The notes beneath the pieces are model-generated. The model searched no databases, had not been told where the DNA came from, and saw nothing but the letters and a program-made list of their open reading frames with translations. Source: Gemmatimonadota bacterium (GTDB lineage Bacteria > Gemmatimonadota > Gemmatimonadetes > Gemmatimonadales > GWC2-71-9). Taken from it: 64,000 bases of DNA. The translations under genes were made by a program, and so were the position numbers. The stretch spans positions 1 to 64,000 of the forward strand of contig JAZDCY010000015.1 of NCBI GenBank assembly GCA_036679645.1. The letters run 5' to 3'. This document shows positions 1-11,000 of the stretch, piece after piece; position 1 is the stretch's first letter; each line of letters starts with the position of its first letter.

Positions 1-1
1 C

Positions 2-715
2 GCGATCGCCCCGGGGCTAGCCGCCCAGGACGATGACGAATGGTGTCGCGAATGGGGTGACCGCGACCGCGGCTGGCATTGCGAGATCCAAGAGGTCACG
101 CTGTCCAATCGGGATGTCATTGTCGTGGATGGTCGTGCGAACGGTGGGATCACCGTCGAGGGCTGGGATCGCAACGACATCCTTGTGCGGGCCAAGATCC
201 AGGCACGGGCGCGCTCTGATGCCGACGCCCGAGATCTCGCCGCAGAGGTCGAGGTCATAACGTCGGGTCGCACGATCCGGGCCGAGGGTCCCAACACGCG
301 CCGACGCGAGTCGTGGTCGGTGAGCTATCAGATCTTCGTTCCTCGCAGCTCGAATCTCGACCTGCGCACGACGAACGGCGGTATCTCCATAGAGGGCGTT
401 GCCGGAGACGTCGAGTTCAACGCGACCAACGGCGGGATTCGCCTAACCGATCTGGCAGGCGACATCCGCGGACGTACGACGAACGGCGGACTCAGCATTT
501 GGTTGTCTGGCTCCGAGTGGGAGGGTGCCGGTATGGATGTCCGCAGCACGAATGGCGGCGTCACCATCCACGTCCCCGAGGACTACTCGGCACGCCTCGA
601 GACCGGTACCCGGAACGGCCACATGGACGTCGATTTCCCCGTGACTTTGGGACGGGGAGGCCGAACCATACGCGCGGTCACGACGAATGGTGGAGTGCGG
701 CTGCGGCGAGGGTAA
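2..715 (+). CDS. DUF4097 / adhesin-like beta-strand repeat protein (5' partial)
   Basis: Frame is open from base 2 (AIAPGLAAQDDDEWCREW..., end of a signal peptide). Repeated T(T)NGG(I/V) motifs are typical of DUF4097 proteins. The start lies before the window. Confidence 0.8.
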   Translation, partial: AIAPGLAAQDDDEWCREWGDRDRGWHCEIQEVTLSNRDVIVVDGRANGGITVEGWDRNDILVRAKIQARARSDADARDLAAEVEVITSGRTIRAEGPNTRRRESWSVSYQIFVPRSSNLDLRTTNGGISIEGVAGDVEFNATNGGIRLTDLAGDIRGRTTNGGLSIWLSGSEWEGAGMDVRSTNGGVTIHVPEDYSARLETGTRNGHMDVDFPVTLGRGGRTIRAVTTNGGVRLRRG

Positions 716-735
716 AAGCCCTTCAATCGACGGGA

Positions 736-782
736 ACAGATCGGGGGACTGCACCTGTGGCGGTTCCCCGGTTTGTGTATTG
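736..782 (+). terminator. Putative intrinsic terminator
   Basis: Stem acagatcgggggactgc / gcggttccccggtttgt (with G-U pairs) just after the stop at 715, followed by a weak T-rich tail. Confidence 0.45.
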
Positions 783-902
783 CCGGACGGAGATCAGTGA
801 ATCGTCTCTCTGGAAACACAACGTCTCGCCCGTATGTTCTCTGACCAAAGGGCGTGGGAAGGTTGCCGGGGAGTGCTGGACTTATCGCATGGGAGCTGAA
901 AG

Positions 903-1868
903 ATGCCTCGCCACCCTGTGTCGCGCGTGCTCGTTTGTGGAACCCTCGCCGGTCTGGCTGCCGGGGCGGTGGTTGCACTCTGGTTCCTCGCCGTGGATCT
1001 CACGACCGCCACTCTATTCGACACTCCGGCGCGGCTTGCCAGCCTGTGGATTGGGGAACCCTATGTGGGGCCGACGGCGCCGCTCGTCATCACCTACACG
1101 GTGTTCCATTTTGGGGCCTTTGCCGTGATCGGGCTGGCGGCGGGCTGGCTGCTCAACGTAACAGGTGTCGAGCCTCGCCTCCTCGTGGGTGCCGCCCTCG
1201 GTGTGGGGGTCTTGAACGCCGTCTACTACGGCGGACGAGTCATTCAGGGGATCGATCTGCTCAATGCGCTGCCATGGATCCATGTGCTGGGTGCCAACCT
1301 CGTCGGCGGAATGGTGCTGATGTGGTACCTCCACGGCGCTCTCGAGGCGACAGGTCCGCTGGGGTTCAGAGTCCTGGAGCGTCACCCCGCACTCGTCGAT
1401 GGGATCGTGACTGGGTCCATCGGGGCCTTGGCCGTTGCGTTGTGGTTCCTCATCGTCGACCTCGCCACTTCCATCCCTTTCGCGACGCCGGCCGCGCTCG
1501 GCTCGGCAGTCTTCCTAGGTGTGACGGACTCGGTCGATGTTGTGGTTAGTCCGGCGGTAGTTGGGGCGTACACCGTACTCCATGTGCTCGCGTTCTGGGT
1601 GGTTGGCACCGCGTTCGTATGGGTGGCTGAGCGGGTCGAGCAGGCACCCGGGTGGTGGATGATCGCCGTCCTCGCGTTCATCGTGCTGGAAGGCCTTTTT
1701 CTGGGAGTGGTGGGGAGCTTCAGCGCGTGGATCTTGGGATCGGTGGGCTGGTTGGCGATCGGTATCGGGAACCTCGTTGCCGTGTTCGCGATGGCCACAG
1801 TGATCTGGCGCTCCCATCCAGTGCTGAGGACGAGGCTCGCCGCGCCGGCGTTGGAGACGAGAGTGTAG
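903..1868 (+). CDS. Hypothetical multi-pass membrane protein with internal duplication
   Basis: 321 aa and very hydrophobic. Two homologous halves share VALWFLxVDL..FxTPAxL...YTVxH. Confidence 0.75.
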   Translation: MPRHPVSRVLVCGTLAGLAAGAVVALWFLAVDLTTATLFDTPARLASLWIGEPYVGPTAPLVITYTVFHFGAFAVIGLAAGWLLNVTGVEPRLLVGAALGVGVLNAVYYGGRVIQGIDLLNALPWIHVLGANLVGGMVLMWYLHGALEATGPLGFRVLERHPALVDGIVTGSIGALAVALWFLIVDLATSIPFATPAALGSAVFLGVTDSVDVVVSPAVVGAYTVLHVLAFWVVGTAFVWVAERVEQAPGWWMIAVLAFIVLEGLFLGVVGSFSAWILGSVGWLAIGIGNLVAVFAMATVIWRSHPVLRTRLAAPALETRV

Positions 1869-1873
1869 CGACT

Positions 1874-1899
1874 AGATGCTCAGACGCTCAGACGCTCAG
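1874..1899. repeat. 8-nt periodic repeat (AGACGCTC)n, left arm only
   Basis: agatgctc-agacgctc-agacgctc-ag just after the stop at 1868. Confidence 0.7.
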
Positions 1900-2066
1900 T
1901 AGATCTAGGACGTTCAGGGACGCTGTCCTCGGGAGAGGACGACTCTCGCGGGGGTCGATGATCTTCCAGATGATACAAAACGTGTGAGGACAAAGACTTA
2001 GCACATGAAGCGTGAAGGGCATGTCACTTGCCTCTTTGGTCTTCCGGAGCTTTCATCGAGGTGATC

Positions 2067-2609
2067 ATGCACAGAATTCTGTCTGCGGTGATCGTGCTCG
2101 CGCTCGTCGGGTCTCTCGCGAATACCGCAGATGCCCAACGACAGCGGCCGGGCATTCGCGAAGTGCACAAGCACAACGGGTTCTGGGCCAGTGCTGGTGC
2201 GGGTGGGGGTTGGTCCGACACTGACCTGTCGTTCGGGAACGACGGACGTGGAGCCTCTCTCTACGTGCGCATGGGCGGGACCGTCAATCCCCAAGTCCTG
2301 GTCGGCGTCGAATTGATCGGGTGGGGCCGCAGCGATTTCGATGATCAGAGTCGCGGCAATCTCATGGTGAGTGGGATCTTTTACCCGAGCATTCGGGGTG
2401 GGTGGTTTCTCAAGACGGGCTTCGGTGCCGCCGGCTACGAACGCCAGGGCGTCGAGCGCGATGGTATCGGCTCCGTCTTCGGGACCGGGTTCGATCTTCG
2501 TATCGGCCGCAATTTCTACATCACACCGAACGTGGATTACATGGTGCAGTTCTTCGAGGATGATACGGTTGGGAGTCTGTTGTTCACGGTAGGGGCGACG
2601 ATTCACTAG
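2067..2609 (+). CDS. Outer-membrane beta-barrel protein (8-stranded type)
   Basis: ATG at 2067 follows GAGG. Signal peptide MHRILSAVIVLALVGSLANTADA, then alternating Gly/aromatic beta-strands and C-terminal ...LFTVGATIH. Confidence 0.75.
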   Translation: MHRILSAVIVLALVGSLANTADAQRQRPGIREVHKHNGFWASAGAGGGWSDTDLSFGNDGRGASLYVRMGGTVNPQVLVGVELIGWGRSDFDDQSRGNLMVSGIFYPSIRGGWFLKTGFGAAGYERQGVERDGIGSVFGTGFDLRIGRNFYITPNVDYMVQFFEDDTVGSLLFTVGATIH

Positions 2610-2619
2610 GAGTACTGAT

Positions 2620-2708
2620 AGGCGCTCAGACGCTCAGACGCTCAGTGGTTTCAAGTCGTACACCACTGAGCGTCTGTGCATCTGAGCATCCAAGCGTCTG
2701 CGCGTCTA
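2620..2708. repeat. 8-nt periodic palindromic element between convergent genes (possible bidirectional terminator)
   Basis: (AGACGCTC)n left arm and (GAGCGTCT)n right arm. Perfect 14-bp stem at 2636-2649 / 2662-2675. Confidence 0.8.
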
Positions 2709-5700
2709 GAACCCCGGCGTAAACCCAAACTGCCACACCCACCGTTTCCGCTGGAAGGCATAGGTGTAGTCGGTCTCGATGATCGCGAACCCAAGGAGAT
2801 TGATGCGGATAGCTGCTCCGGTGCTGTAGACGGGGCGTCGATCGCCGCCGAGGAAGAAGGCTCGCTTATCGCCGGGCGTTTGCTGGAGGGTCGAGGTACA
2901 GTTCGCCGAGTCAGAATTCCCGCACCACGCGAGGCCGGCATCGGCGAAGAGAGCGAACTCGATTGGCAGGAACCCGTAGTAGCCGCTGCCGACGCCGAGG
3001 GCACCGAGCAACGGGAAGCGGAACTCCACGTTGGCCATTGCCAGCTTGCTCCCGACCAGGCGGCTGAAGAGCGGGCACGGGTCGGCGGAGTTCGGGTCGT
3101 TGGCCTCGGGACAATCGCTGAGGTCGAAGGAGTTGTCGTCGTAGCCGCGGATGAACCCGGGGAACCCGAGGAAGAGCGGGCGAACACGTGCGTCCTCGGC
3201 GTCGCCCCCGTATCGCCCGAAGTGGGAGATTCGCGCGGCGAGCGTAAATGGGCGGGTCGGCACGATGTAACGGCGATAATCAGCCAGGACGGTGAGGTAA
3301 TCGACCGATCCCACCACCGGCGACAGCTCCAGACGGTAGCGCTGGCCCAGGATCGGCGACGTCGCGCCGAGCAGGGCGTTGTCATAGACCAGGGCTGCGC
3401 TCGAGGTCACGAAGGACAGTGACCGGAACCTGGGGTCGTCGATGGAGATCGTCGAATCGAACACCGTAGTGCCGGCGGAGGTGAACCCCCGCGACCGCAC
3501 TTCCTGATCGAAACTGACTCTGCTAAGGGATGTCGAGAACTCGACCCGCCGCACGCGACTGAACGGATATGACAGTATCCCGCTCACTTCCCGTTGTGTC
3601 TGCCGGAACTTGAGAGTCTCGCTCACGAACACCGGCTGGCCATCGAAGACGTCGGTACGGCCGGAGGCGAATCCGGTGAGGATCGGTATCTGCGAGACAA
3701 AAATGCCCCAGTTCAGGCGCCGACTCCTGTTTGTGTACCCGACGATGCCGAGTCGTGAGGTTCCGGTTGCCGAGAACATCACTCCAGTAGAGCGCCGCCC
3801 CGCCACCGATGAACGTGCCGAACTGGTTGGAGCCGAAGAGGAGCGAAGGCTGCGAGATAAAGTCCAACGAGAGTCCGGGGCTGTACGGCCGCGTCTCGAA
3901 CTCGAGCGAGTCGGGCAGGCCCGTGCGCATGTCCGCGAGCACGTTGGTGAGATCGTCGGTGATCCGTTCGGCCGGGGGCAACACGCCGGGCGTGAGTGCC
4001 GCGTAGTCGGGGAGCACGTCTATCCCCGCCAGTACCTCCGGGTCGTCAATGCTGTACAGACGGTACCCGCCGTCTTCGTAGACCGAGATCACCACGCGGT
4101 CGCCCGCAGCCGATGCGGTAACGGCGGGGCTGAGAGGAGTAATGCCGGTGATCCCCGTATAGAGATTGGTGATCTGGCGGAGATCGCCGGTCCCGAGATT
4201 CACGCTGTAGAGATTGGTAACCCCGTTGCGGTCGGCGAGGAACGTGAGGCCCTGGCCGTCGGCGGTGAACTGCGGGTTCGTGTGCTTGCCGGTCTCGAAA
4301 CAGGTGACCTGCTGGATGGCGCCGGAGAACGGATCGATGATGCCCAGCTTGAGGTCGCCGTAGTCGAGATTGTCCACGTCGGTGGTGAATCGCTCAGTCG
4401 CAAAAACAATGCGACGGCCGTCCGGTGACCACGACGGGTGGAGATCAGCATACGGGTCATTCGTCACCCTGCGAAGGACACCCTCTTCGAGGTCGTACAG
4501 GAACAGATCAGTCAGCCCGCCCCGAATGGCGGAAAAGACGAGGTAGCGTCCGTTGGGAGACCACGCCGGGTTGTAGATCTCGCCCAGTTCGTTGAGGTGG
4601 ATGTCACGGATCACGTCTCCCGACTCGACGTCGATCAACGTCAGAATCGGGTTGCCCCGGCTGATGCCGGCGAGTGCGAACTGGGAACCGTCGGGTGACC
4701 ACGCCCCCGCCGAATTGATGAACTGGAGGCTCTCGAAATGCGGGTCCACGGCGGTGTGCGTGAGCTTGGCTGTCACGGTGCCGGTCCCGAGGTCGCCTAT
4801 GAACACGTCGATCGAGAAGAGATCGCGCGCCGAGATGAATGCCAGACGGGTCCCATCCGGGCTGATGGATGGTGCTACGTTGGTAGCCCCCGTTGGACCG
4901 TCGGCGAAGATTGGCGCGCCGTAGTCGGATGGCTGAGCGGTAAGCTCGACCAGCGGGTCGTATTGCTCGTGGATTGCCTGATGCCACGCCACAGACAGCT
5001 CATCGGTCGTTGCGCCGAGGAGCCTGGTCATGGCCCCATCGAGATTGCGGGCGGATGTCTTGAGCAACCGGCCGACGACCTCATCACCGTACCGGCCCGA
5101 CAGGTAGGACCAGAGCGCCTGGCCGTACCGGTACGGGAACCAGCGGTACGAGTCGTTCATCTCAACGATCGTTGGGAGCTTGTCGTTCCTGGCCGCGTCG
5201 CGCATCCACATGGCCGTATTAGGATCGATCGGACCGACAGAGAGGTACTCGGCCATTCCCTCGATGAACCAGAGCGGTAGGAACAGCGCGCCGGGAATCC
5301 CACCGGTCTGCACCGATCGCCCCGCTCCCGTGATATCGAACTGAAAGGCGTGGACCAACTCATGGCCCAGTACGTGATCGGTTTCCTTGAGGCCAATCCC
5401 AAAGGGAAGCACAATACGACGCTTGATGACTTCGGTCACCCCACCCGTCGACTCGCCCAACTCGCCCTGGAGCGCGTTGGTTTGCTCGAAATGGGGATGG
5501 TTCGCGTACATGATGAGCGGCTGGCGGCTGCCCAGCTCGTGGTTCAGCAGGCGGGACAGTCGTGAGTACCACCGCTCGGCCATGCGGCCTGCGAGCACGG
5601 CGGCGTCGCGTTCCTCTGAATAGTGGTAGACGTCGAAATGCTCGGTCCGGAGGACCTGGAAATCAAAGCTCTCGTACTGGACCTTGTTCCGGCCGAAGTA

Positions 5701-5784
5701 CTGTGCGTCCGCGCGTCGCACCAACGGCCCCGCCAACATGGTGACGCCCAGTACGAGCGGAAGCGTCCGAACGGCTAGCTTCAT
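2706..5784 (-). pseudogene. Peptidase-MA-like / PD40 propeller / BamA-type barrel protein, split by a frameshift at ~3750
   Basis: The N part (ATG 5784) has a signal peptide, QYFGRNKVQY, HELVH, WFIEGMAEY and WSP(D/N)G repeats. The C part, in another frame, has an Omp85-type barrel ending WQFGFTPGF. The frames switch between DVLGNRNLTT and GIVGYTNRS. Confidence 0.8.
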
Positions 5785-5851
5785 ACGCGTGATCCCCGAA
5801 ATGTAGGACATGCCAAGCTTGTGAGGGAAGAACGTCACGGACGCCCTTTTG

Positions 5852-6880
5852 TTAGGTAACCGTGGGTGTCGTGAATAGTTCCGAGTGGTGCGGGTCGATG
5901 AACTCTTCCCGGTACATGCGGATCAGCGCAAAGAAATAGCTGAGCGCCAGCGGCCCGATCAGGATGCCGAGTAGGCCGAAATAGCGAATGCCCGCAAAGG
6001 CGCCAACGAGGGTCACCATGGGGTGGACGTGGGCCCAGCGTCTGTAGACGAGCGGTCGGATGATGTTGTCCGCGCTTGCCACAATGACGGCGCCCCAGAT
6101 CCCGAGAAAGATCGCGTGGCCCCACCTGGCATCGATCGCCAGGGCGATGCAGGCGGGACCCCAGATCAAGACCGAGCCGATCACAGGCAGGATCGAAACG
6201 ATCCCGGTGACCACGCCCCAAAACAGCGGATCGCTGAGTTCGAGCACCCAGAACGAGCCGCCAATCATGACGCCCTGGACCAGCGCGATGAGGAAGACCC
6301 CGATCAACGTGGAGTTGGATACGTCCCGAAACCGCTGGCGCAACTTGTCGGTGTTTTCTTTGGAGAACGGTACGTAGGGGCGGAACAGGTCCCAACTCCG
6401 GTCGGGTGCGGCGCACAGGAAGTAGAGCCCGAAGAAGGCGATGGTCAGGTTGAGTGCCAGACGCGTCGCGGTGCCGATTATGCTGATGGCGCTTCCGCCC
6501 AGCCACGTAATGAGCTGCTCGCCCACCGTCGCCAACCGGGGTCCTACCTCGAACCCAGCCACCTCGAGAGCGCCGAGTCGATCGAGCAGGGGACTTCTTA
6601 TGACGTCGCGGGCCATGTCCTGAGCCCGGTCGACCAGGAGAGTCGCGACCGAGATACCCGGAAAGATGACCAGCAACACGGCGAGCACGGTGACGCTCGT
6701 GGCCGCTATCATCGGGCTCGTGTGGCGCAGAAGCAGACGGTTGATGGGCGCGAACAGGACGTACAATACTGCGGCGCCGATCAAACCACTCGCATAGGGC
6801 GACAGCGCCATTGCGAGACCGACGCCCAGGACGAGGATGAGCGCCGCGGCCCGCTGGCGACGCGTCTCGAGGAAGGCCAT
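5852..6880 (-). CDS. AI-2E family transporter
   Basis: Hydrophobic 342 aa from MAFLETRR. Motifs SILPVIGS, DNIIRP, HP, GLLGILIGP. Confidence 0.88.
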   Translation of the reverse strand: MAFLETRRQRAAALILVLGVGLAMALSPYASGLIGAAVLYVLFAPINRLLLRHTSPMIAATSVTVLAVLLVIFPGISVATLLVDRAQDMARDVIRSPLLDRLGALEVAGFEVGPRLATVGEQLITWLGGSAISIIGTATRLALNLTIAFFGLYFLCAAPDRSWDLFRPYVPFSKENTDKLRQRFRDVSNSTLIGVFLIALVQGVMIGGSFWVLELSDPLFWGVVTGIVSILPVIGSVLIWGPACIALAIDARWGHAIFLGIWGAVIVASADNIIRPLVYRRWAHVHPMVTLVGAFAGIRYFGLLGILIGPLALSYFFALIRMYREEFIDPHHSELFTTPTVT

Positions 6881-6903
6881 TGGGGAGAAGGTAGCACGTG
6901 CGT

Positions 6904-6956
6904 TTGGCGACAGCGATTGGCGATTGGCGATTGGCGATGGCAGATTGGCGATTGAC
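6904..6956. repeat. 7-nt tandem repeat (GGCGATT)n in a divergent intergenic region
   Basis: gcgattggcgattggcgattggcgatggcagattggcgattg. Confidence 0.85.
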
Positions 6957-6970
6957 GGGAAAGGGGCAGA

Positions 6971-7945
6971 ATGACGAAGGCGACTTTCGATCTCGGCGAA
7001 CTGACGGCGGCTGCGGAGACGGTGTACGAGGTGATGCCGCCGACGCCGCAGTACGCGTGGCCGCTTCTCTGCGAGCGCGCTGGAACCGAGCTGTGGGTCA
7101 AGCACGAAAACCACACACCCACGGGATCGTTCAAGATTCGTGGCGGGCTCGTGTACACCGCTGCACTGCGCGCATCCCACCCGGACGTTCGCGGTGTCAT
7201 TGCAGCGACCCGTGGCAACCACGGCCAGAGCGTGGCGTTCGCGGCCGCGCGGCACGGGTTGGCCAGCGCGGTCGTCGTACCGCACGGCAACAGCGTTGAG
7301 AAGAATGCCGCCATGCGGGCGTTTGGGGCCGAGCTAGTAATCCACGGAGCGGATTTTCAGGAAGCGCTCGAGTACACCCAGGGCCTCGCGGACGAGCGCG
7401 GTTTACATCTCTTCCCCTCGTTCGATCTAGAGTTGGTGCGGGGGATTGCCTCCTATGCGCTGGAGTTCTTCCGCGCCGTAGTCGAGATCGACGCGTTCTA
7501 CGTACCCATAGGGCAGGGCTCAGGCATCTGCTCTGTCATCGCAGCGCGCGACGTCCTCGGGCTGGGCACTCGTATCGTTGGCGTGGTGGCGGAAACGCAG
7601 CCGTGCTACAAGCTCTCCTTTGACGCGGGCAAGCCGGTGTCGACCCCGTCGGGCGAGACGATAGCCGACGGGGTCGCGTGCCGCGTGCCCGATCCGGATG
7701 CCCTGGACGTCATTCTCGCAGGCGCCGATCGCATCGTCACCGTCTCGGAAGCAGAGATCCGCGCGGCCATGCGGGCGTACTACACGGATACGCACAACGT
7801 GGTGGAAGGTGCAGGTGCGGCACCGCTCGCGGCGGTACTGAAAGAAAAGGATTCCCTTCAGGGGAGACGGGTGGGTGTGGTGGTGAGCGGTGGGAATGTC
7901 GATATGGATGTCTTTCGAGGGGTGTTGACTGAAGTAGACGGATAG
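6971..7945 (+). CDS. Threonine/serine dehydratase (PLP-dependent, fold type II)
   Basis: KHENHTPTGSFKIRG (PLP lysine), ATRGNHGQ, PIGQGSG, SGGNVD. Confidence 0.9.
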   Translation: MTKATFDLGELTAAAETVYEVMPPTPQYAWPLLCERAGTELWVKHENHTPTGSFKIRGGLVYTAALRASHPDVRGVIAATRGNHGQSVAFAAARHGLASAVVVPHGNSVEKNAAMRAFGAELVIHGADFQEALEYTQGLADERGLHLFPSFDLELVRGIASYALEFFRAVVEIDAFYVPIGQGSGICSVIAARDVLGLGTRIVGVVAETQPCYKLSFDAGKPVSTPSGETIADGVACRVPDPDALDVILAGADRIVTVSEAEIRAAMRAYYTDTHNVVEGAGAAPLAAVLKEKDSLQGRRVGVVVSGGNVDMDVFRGVLTEVDG

Positions 7946-8023
7946 ACGCTCAGTTGCTCAGACGCTCAGGAACTACCTGGGCGTATTCGCTGAGCGTCTG
8001 TGCAACTGTGCGTCTATGGCGTC
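7935..8023. repeat. 8-nt periodic palindromic element
   Basis: tagacgctcagttgctcagacgctcag ... ctgagcgtctgtgcaactgtgcgtcta. Overlaps the stop codon at 7943-7945. Confidence 0.75.
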
Positions 8024-8086
8024 CTCTTGTCCGTACGCCTAAACTCCAGGCCACAAAACCGAGCTGCCCCTTCGCCAGAGGTTGTC

Positions 8087-11000
8087 ATGCGAGCCGTCTC
8101 CGTCCTCCTCACGAGTTTTCTCGTTTCCGCCACTGCTTCCCTCGCCGCCCAAGTCGATGCCCGGATGTTCCGGTTTCCCGACATCTCGGCGTCGCAGATC
8201 GCGTTCGTTTACGCGGGCGACATTTGGGTCGTGGCCAAGGAGGGTGGAACGGCGAACCGGCTGAGTTCACCACGCGGCCAGGAGTCGTTTCCACGCTTCT
8301 CACCGGACGGGACGCAGATCGCCTACAGCGCCAACTACGACGGCAATACCGACGTGTACGTCATCCCTGCCGCGGGTGGTGCTCCGGTACGCGTTACACA
8401 CCACCCGATGACCGATCGGCTGATCGATTGGTATCCCGACGGCAGCCGTCTGCTGTTCGCGTCTGGGCGGGAGGCGGGCAGGCAACGCTTCAGTCAGTTC
8501 TTCGCCGTGTCACCGTCGGGCGGTCTACCCGAACGGTTGCCGGTTCCGTACGGCGAGTTCGGAGCGCTGTCGCCCGACGGGCGGAGCATTGCCTATATGC
8601 CCAAGAGCCGGGATTTCCGCACGTGGAAGCGGTACCGCGGTGGATGGGCGTCCGATATCTGGCTCTTCGATCTGTCCAGTTACGACGCACGGAACCTTAC
8701 CGACGACATCGCCGTCGACGGCCAGCCCATGTGGCACGGAAGGACGCTCTACTTTCTCTCCGACCGTGGTTCGGCCCAGCGGCCGAATATCTGGGCGCAT
8801 GGTCTCGATGACGGCTCGTTCCGGCAGATCACGCACTTCGCCGACTTCGACGTCACGTTTCCGGCGATCGGTCCGTCGGACATCGTGTTTCAGGCCGGCG
8901 GCCGGCTGTTCGTGATGGACCTCGGCACCGAGCAGTACGTCGAGGTTCAGATTGCCGTCGTCACCGATCGAGCGACGCTGCGACCCCGGACCGAGAACGT
9001 GGCGGGACTCATTCGAGGTGCAGCGGTCTCACCGAGTGGCCAGCGGGCGGTCTTCGAGGCGCGCGGCGAGATCTTCACCGTCCCCGCGGAACACGGCGTA
9101 GTGCGCAACCTCACCCGGAGTTCCGGCGTCGCCGAGCGTTACCCGACCTGGTCGCCCGATGCGCGGTACGTCGCGTATTGGAGCGATCGGTCCGGCGAGT
9201 ACGAACTCATGCTGCGACCGGCGCACGGATCGGGGACCGAACGCCAGGTTACACGTCTGGGTGTTGGCTATCGGTATCGGCCGCAGTGGTCACCCGACAG
9301 CAAGAAGATCGCGTTCATCGACTATATGCAGCAGATCCGCATCTACGATGTGGACGCCGACCGCATCACCAATGTTGACCGCATGCGCGCACAGTGGATT
9401 CACGGAGCGCTAGAGGGGTTCGACGTTCACTGGTCTGCCGATAGCCGGTGGTTCGCCTACAGCAAGATGCTGCCACACGGCCAGAACGCGATTTTTCTGT
9501 ACGATGTCGAGCGCGATGACGTTCACCAGGTGACATCCGGTTTCTACAGCGATCGGTCACCCGTCTTCGACCCGGACGGCGACTACCTCTACTATCTGAC
9601 CAACCGCAACCTCCAGCCCGTCTTCGGCGACCTGGACGGGACGTGGGTCTATCCCAACTCGACGCGCATCGTTGCTGTGGCGTTGCGCAATGATGTGGAG
9701 TCGCCGCTGAAGCCGCGCAGCGATGACGAAGAAGTAGCGGTAGAGGAAGAAGACGAGGAGGGAGAGGACGAGGATGCAGGTGACGACCGGTTGCGCATCG
9801 ATCTGCAGGAGTTTGAGCGACGCTTGATCGTGCTGCCGCCCGCCGCCGGGAACTACACCGACCTGGCGGCTGTATCGGGCAAAGTGCTGTACAGGCGCCT
9901 TCCCCGTGCGGGCGCGAGCGATCGACAGAGTGCAATCGTGTACTACGATCTCGGCGAGCGGGAAGAGAAGACCGTAATGCGCGACGCCGATGGCTTCACC
10001 GTGTCGGCGGACGGCGAGAAGTTGCTGGTCAGGAACGACCGGCAGTATGCAATCGTCGATATCGGCCCGGACCAGAAGATGGAGACACCCCTCCGCACGG
10101 ACGAGCTGGAGGCGACCGTCGAGCCGCTCGCCGAGTGGCGGCAGATGTTCCAGGACACGTGGCGGGCATATCGCGATTTTTTCTACGATCCGAACATGCA
10201 CGGTGTAGACTGGAACGGCGTGCGACAGCAATACGGCGCGCTCATCGAGGACGCCGTCACTCGATGGGATGTGACGGGTGTGCTCGGTGACGTCGCGGCC
10301 GAACTGTCGGCGTCGCACACGTACGTGTTTGGCGGGGACACGGAATCCGCACCGCGGCGCGGCGTCGGGCTGCTCGGCGTTGATTGGGCGCTCGAGCGGG
10401 GAGCTTACCGGATTGCGCGCATCGTTCGTGGGGCGCCGTGGGATGACGAGGTCCGCTCGCCGTTTGACGAACCGGGTGTGGACGTCGATGAGGGAGACTA
10501 CATCCTCGCGGTCAATGGCATCCCGCTCGACACCGCGAACGATCCGTGGACGGCGTTCGATGGGTTGGCCGGCCGCACGGTGGCTCTCACCGTGAACGAC
10601 CGTCCGACGACCGATGGTGCGCGACAGGTGCTCGTCGAGACCCTGCGCAGCGAGACTCGCCTGCGGCATCTGGAGTGGATACAGGCGAACAGGCGTCGCG
10701 TCGAGGAGGCCAGTGACGGCCGCTTGGCCTATGTCTACATGCCCAACACCGGTGGGCAGGGACAGACCGAGCTGATCCGCCAGTACTACGCTCAGATGGA
10801 CCGGGAAGGCTTCATCATAGATGAGCGCTTCAACAGCGGCGGCCAACTTGCCGACCGCTTCCTGGAATTGCTCACGCGGCCCGTCGTCGCCTATCTGGCG
10901 CCGCGTAGCGGGGACGATATCCAGTATCCCGCCATGGCGAACCCTGGCCCCAAGGTCATGCTGATCAACGGGTGGAGCGTCTCCGGCGGTGATGCGTTCC

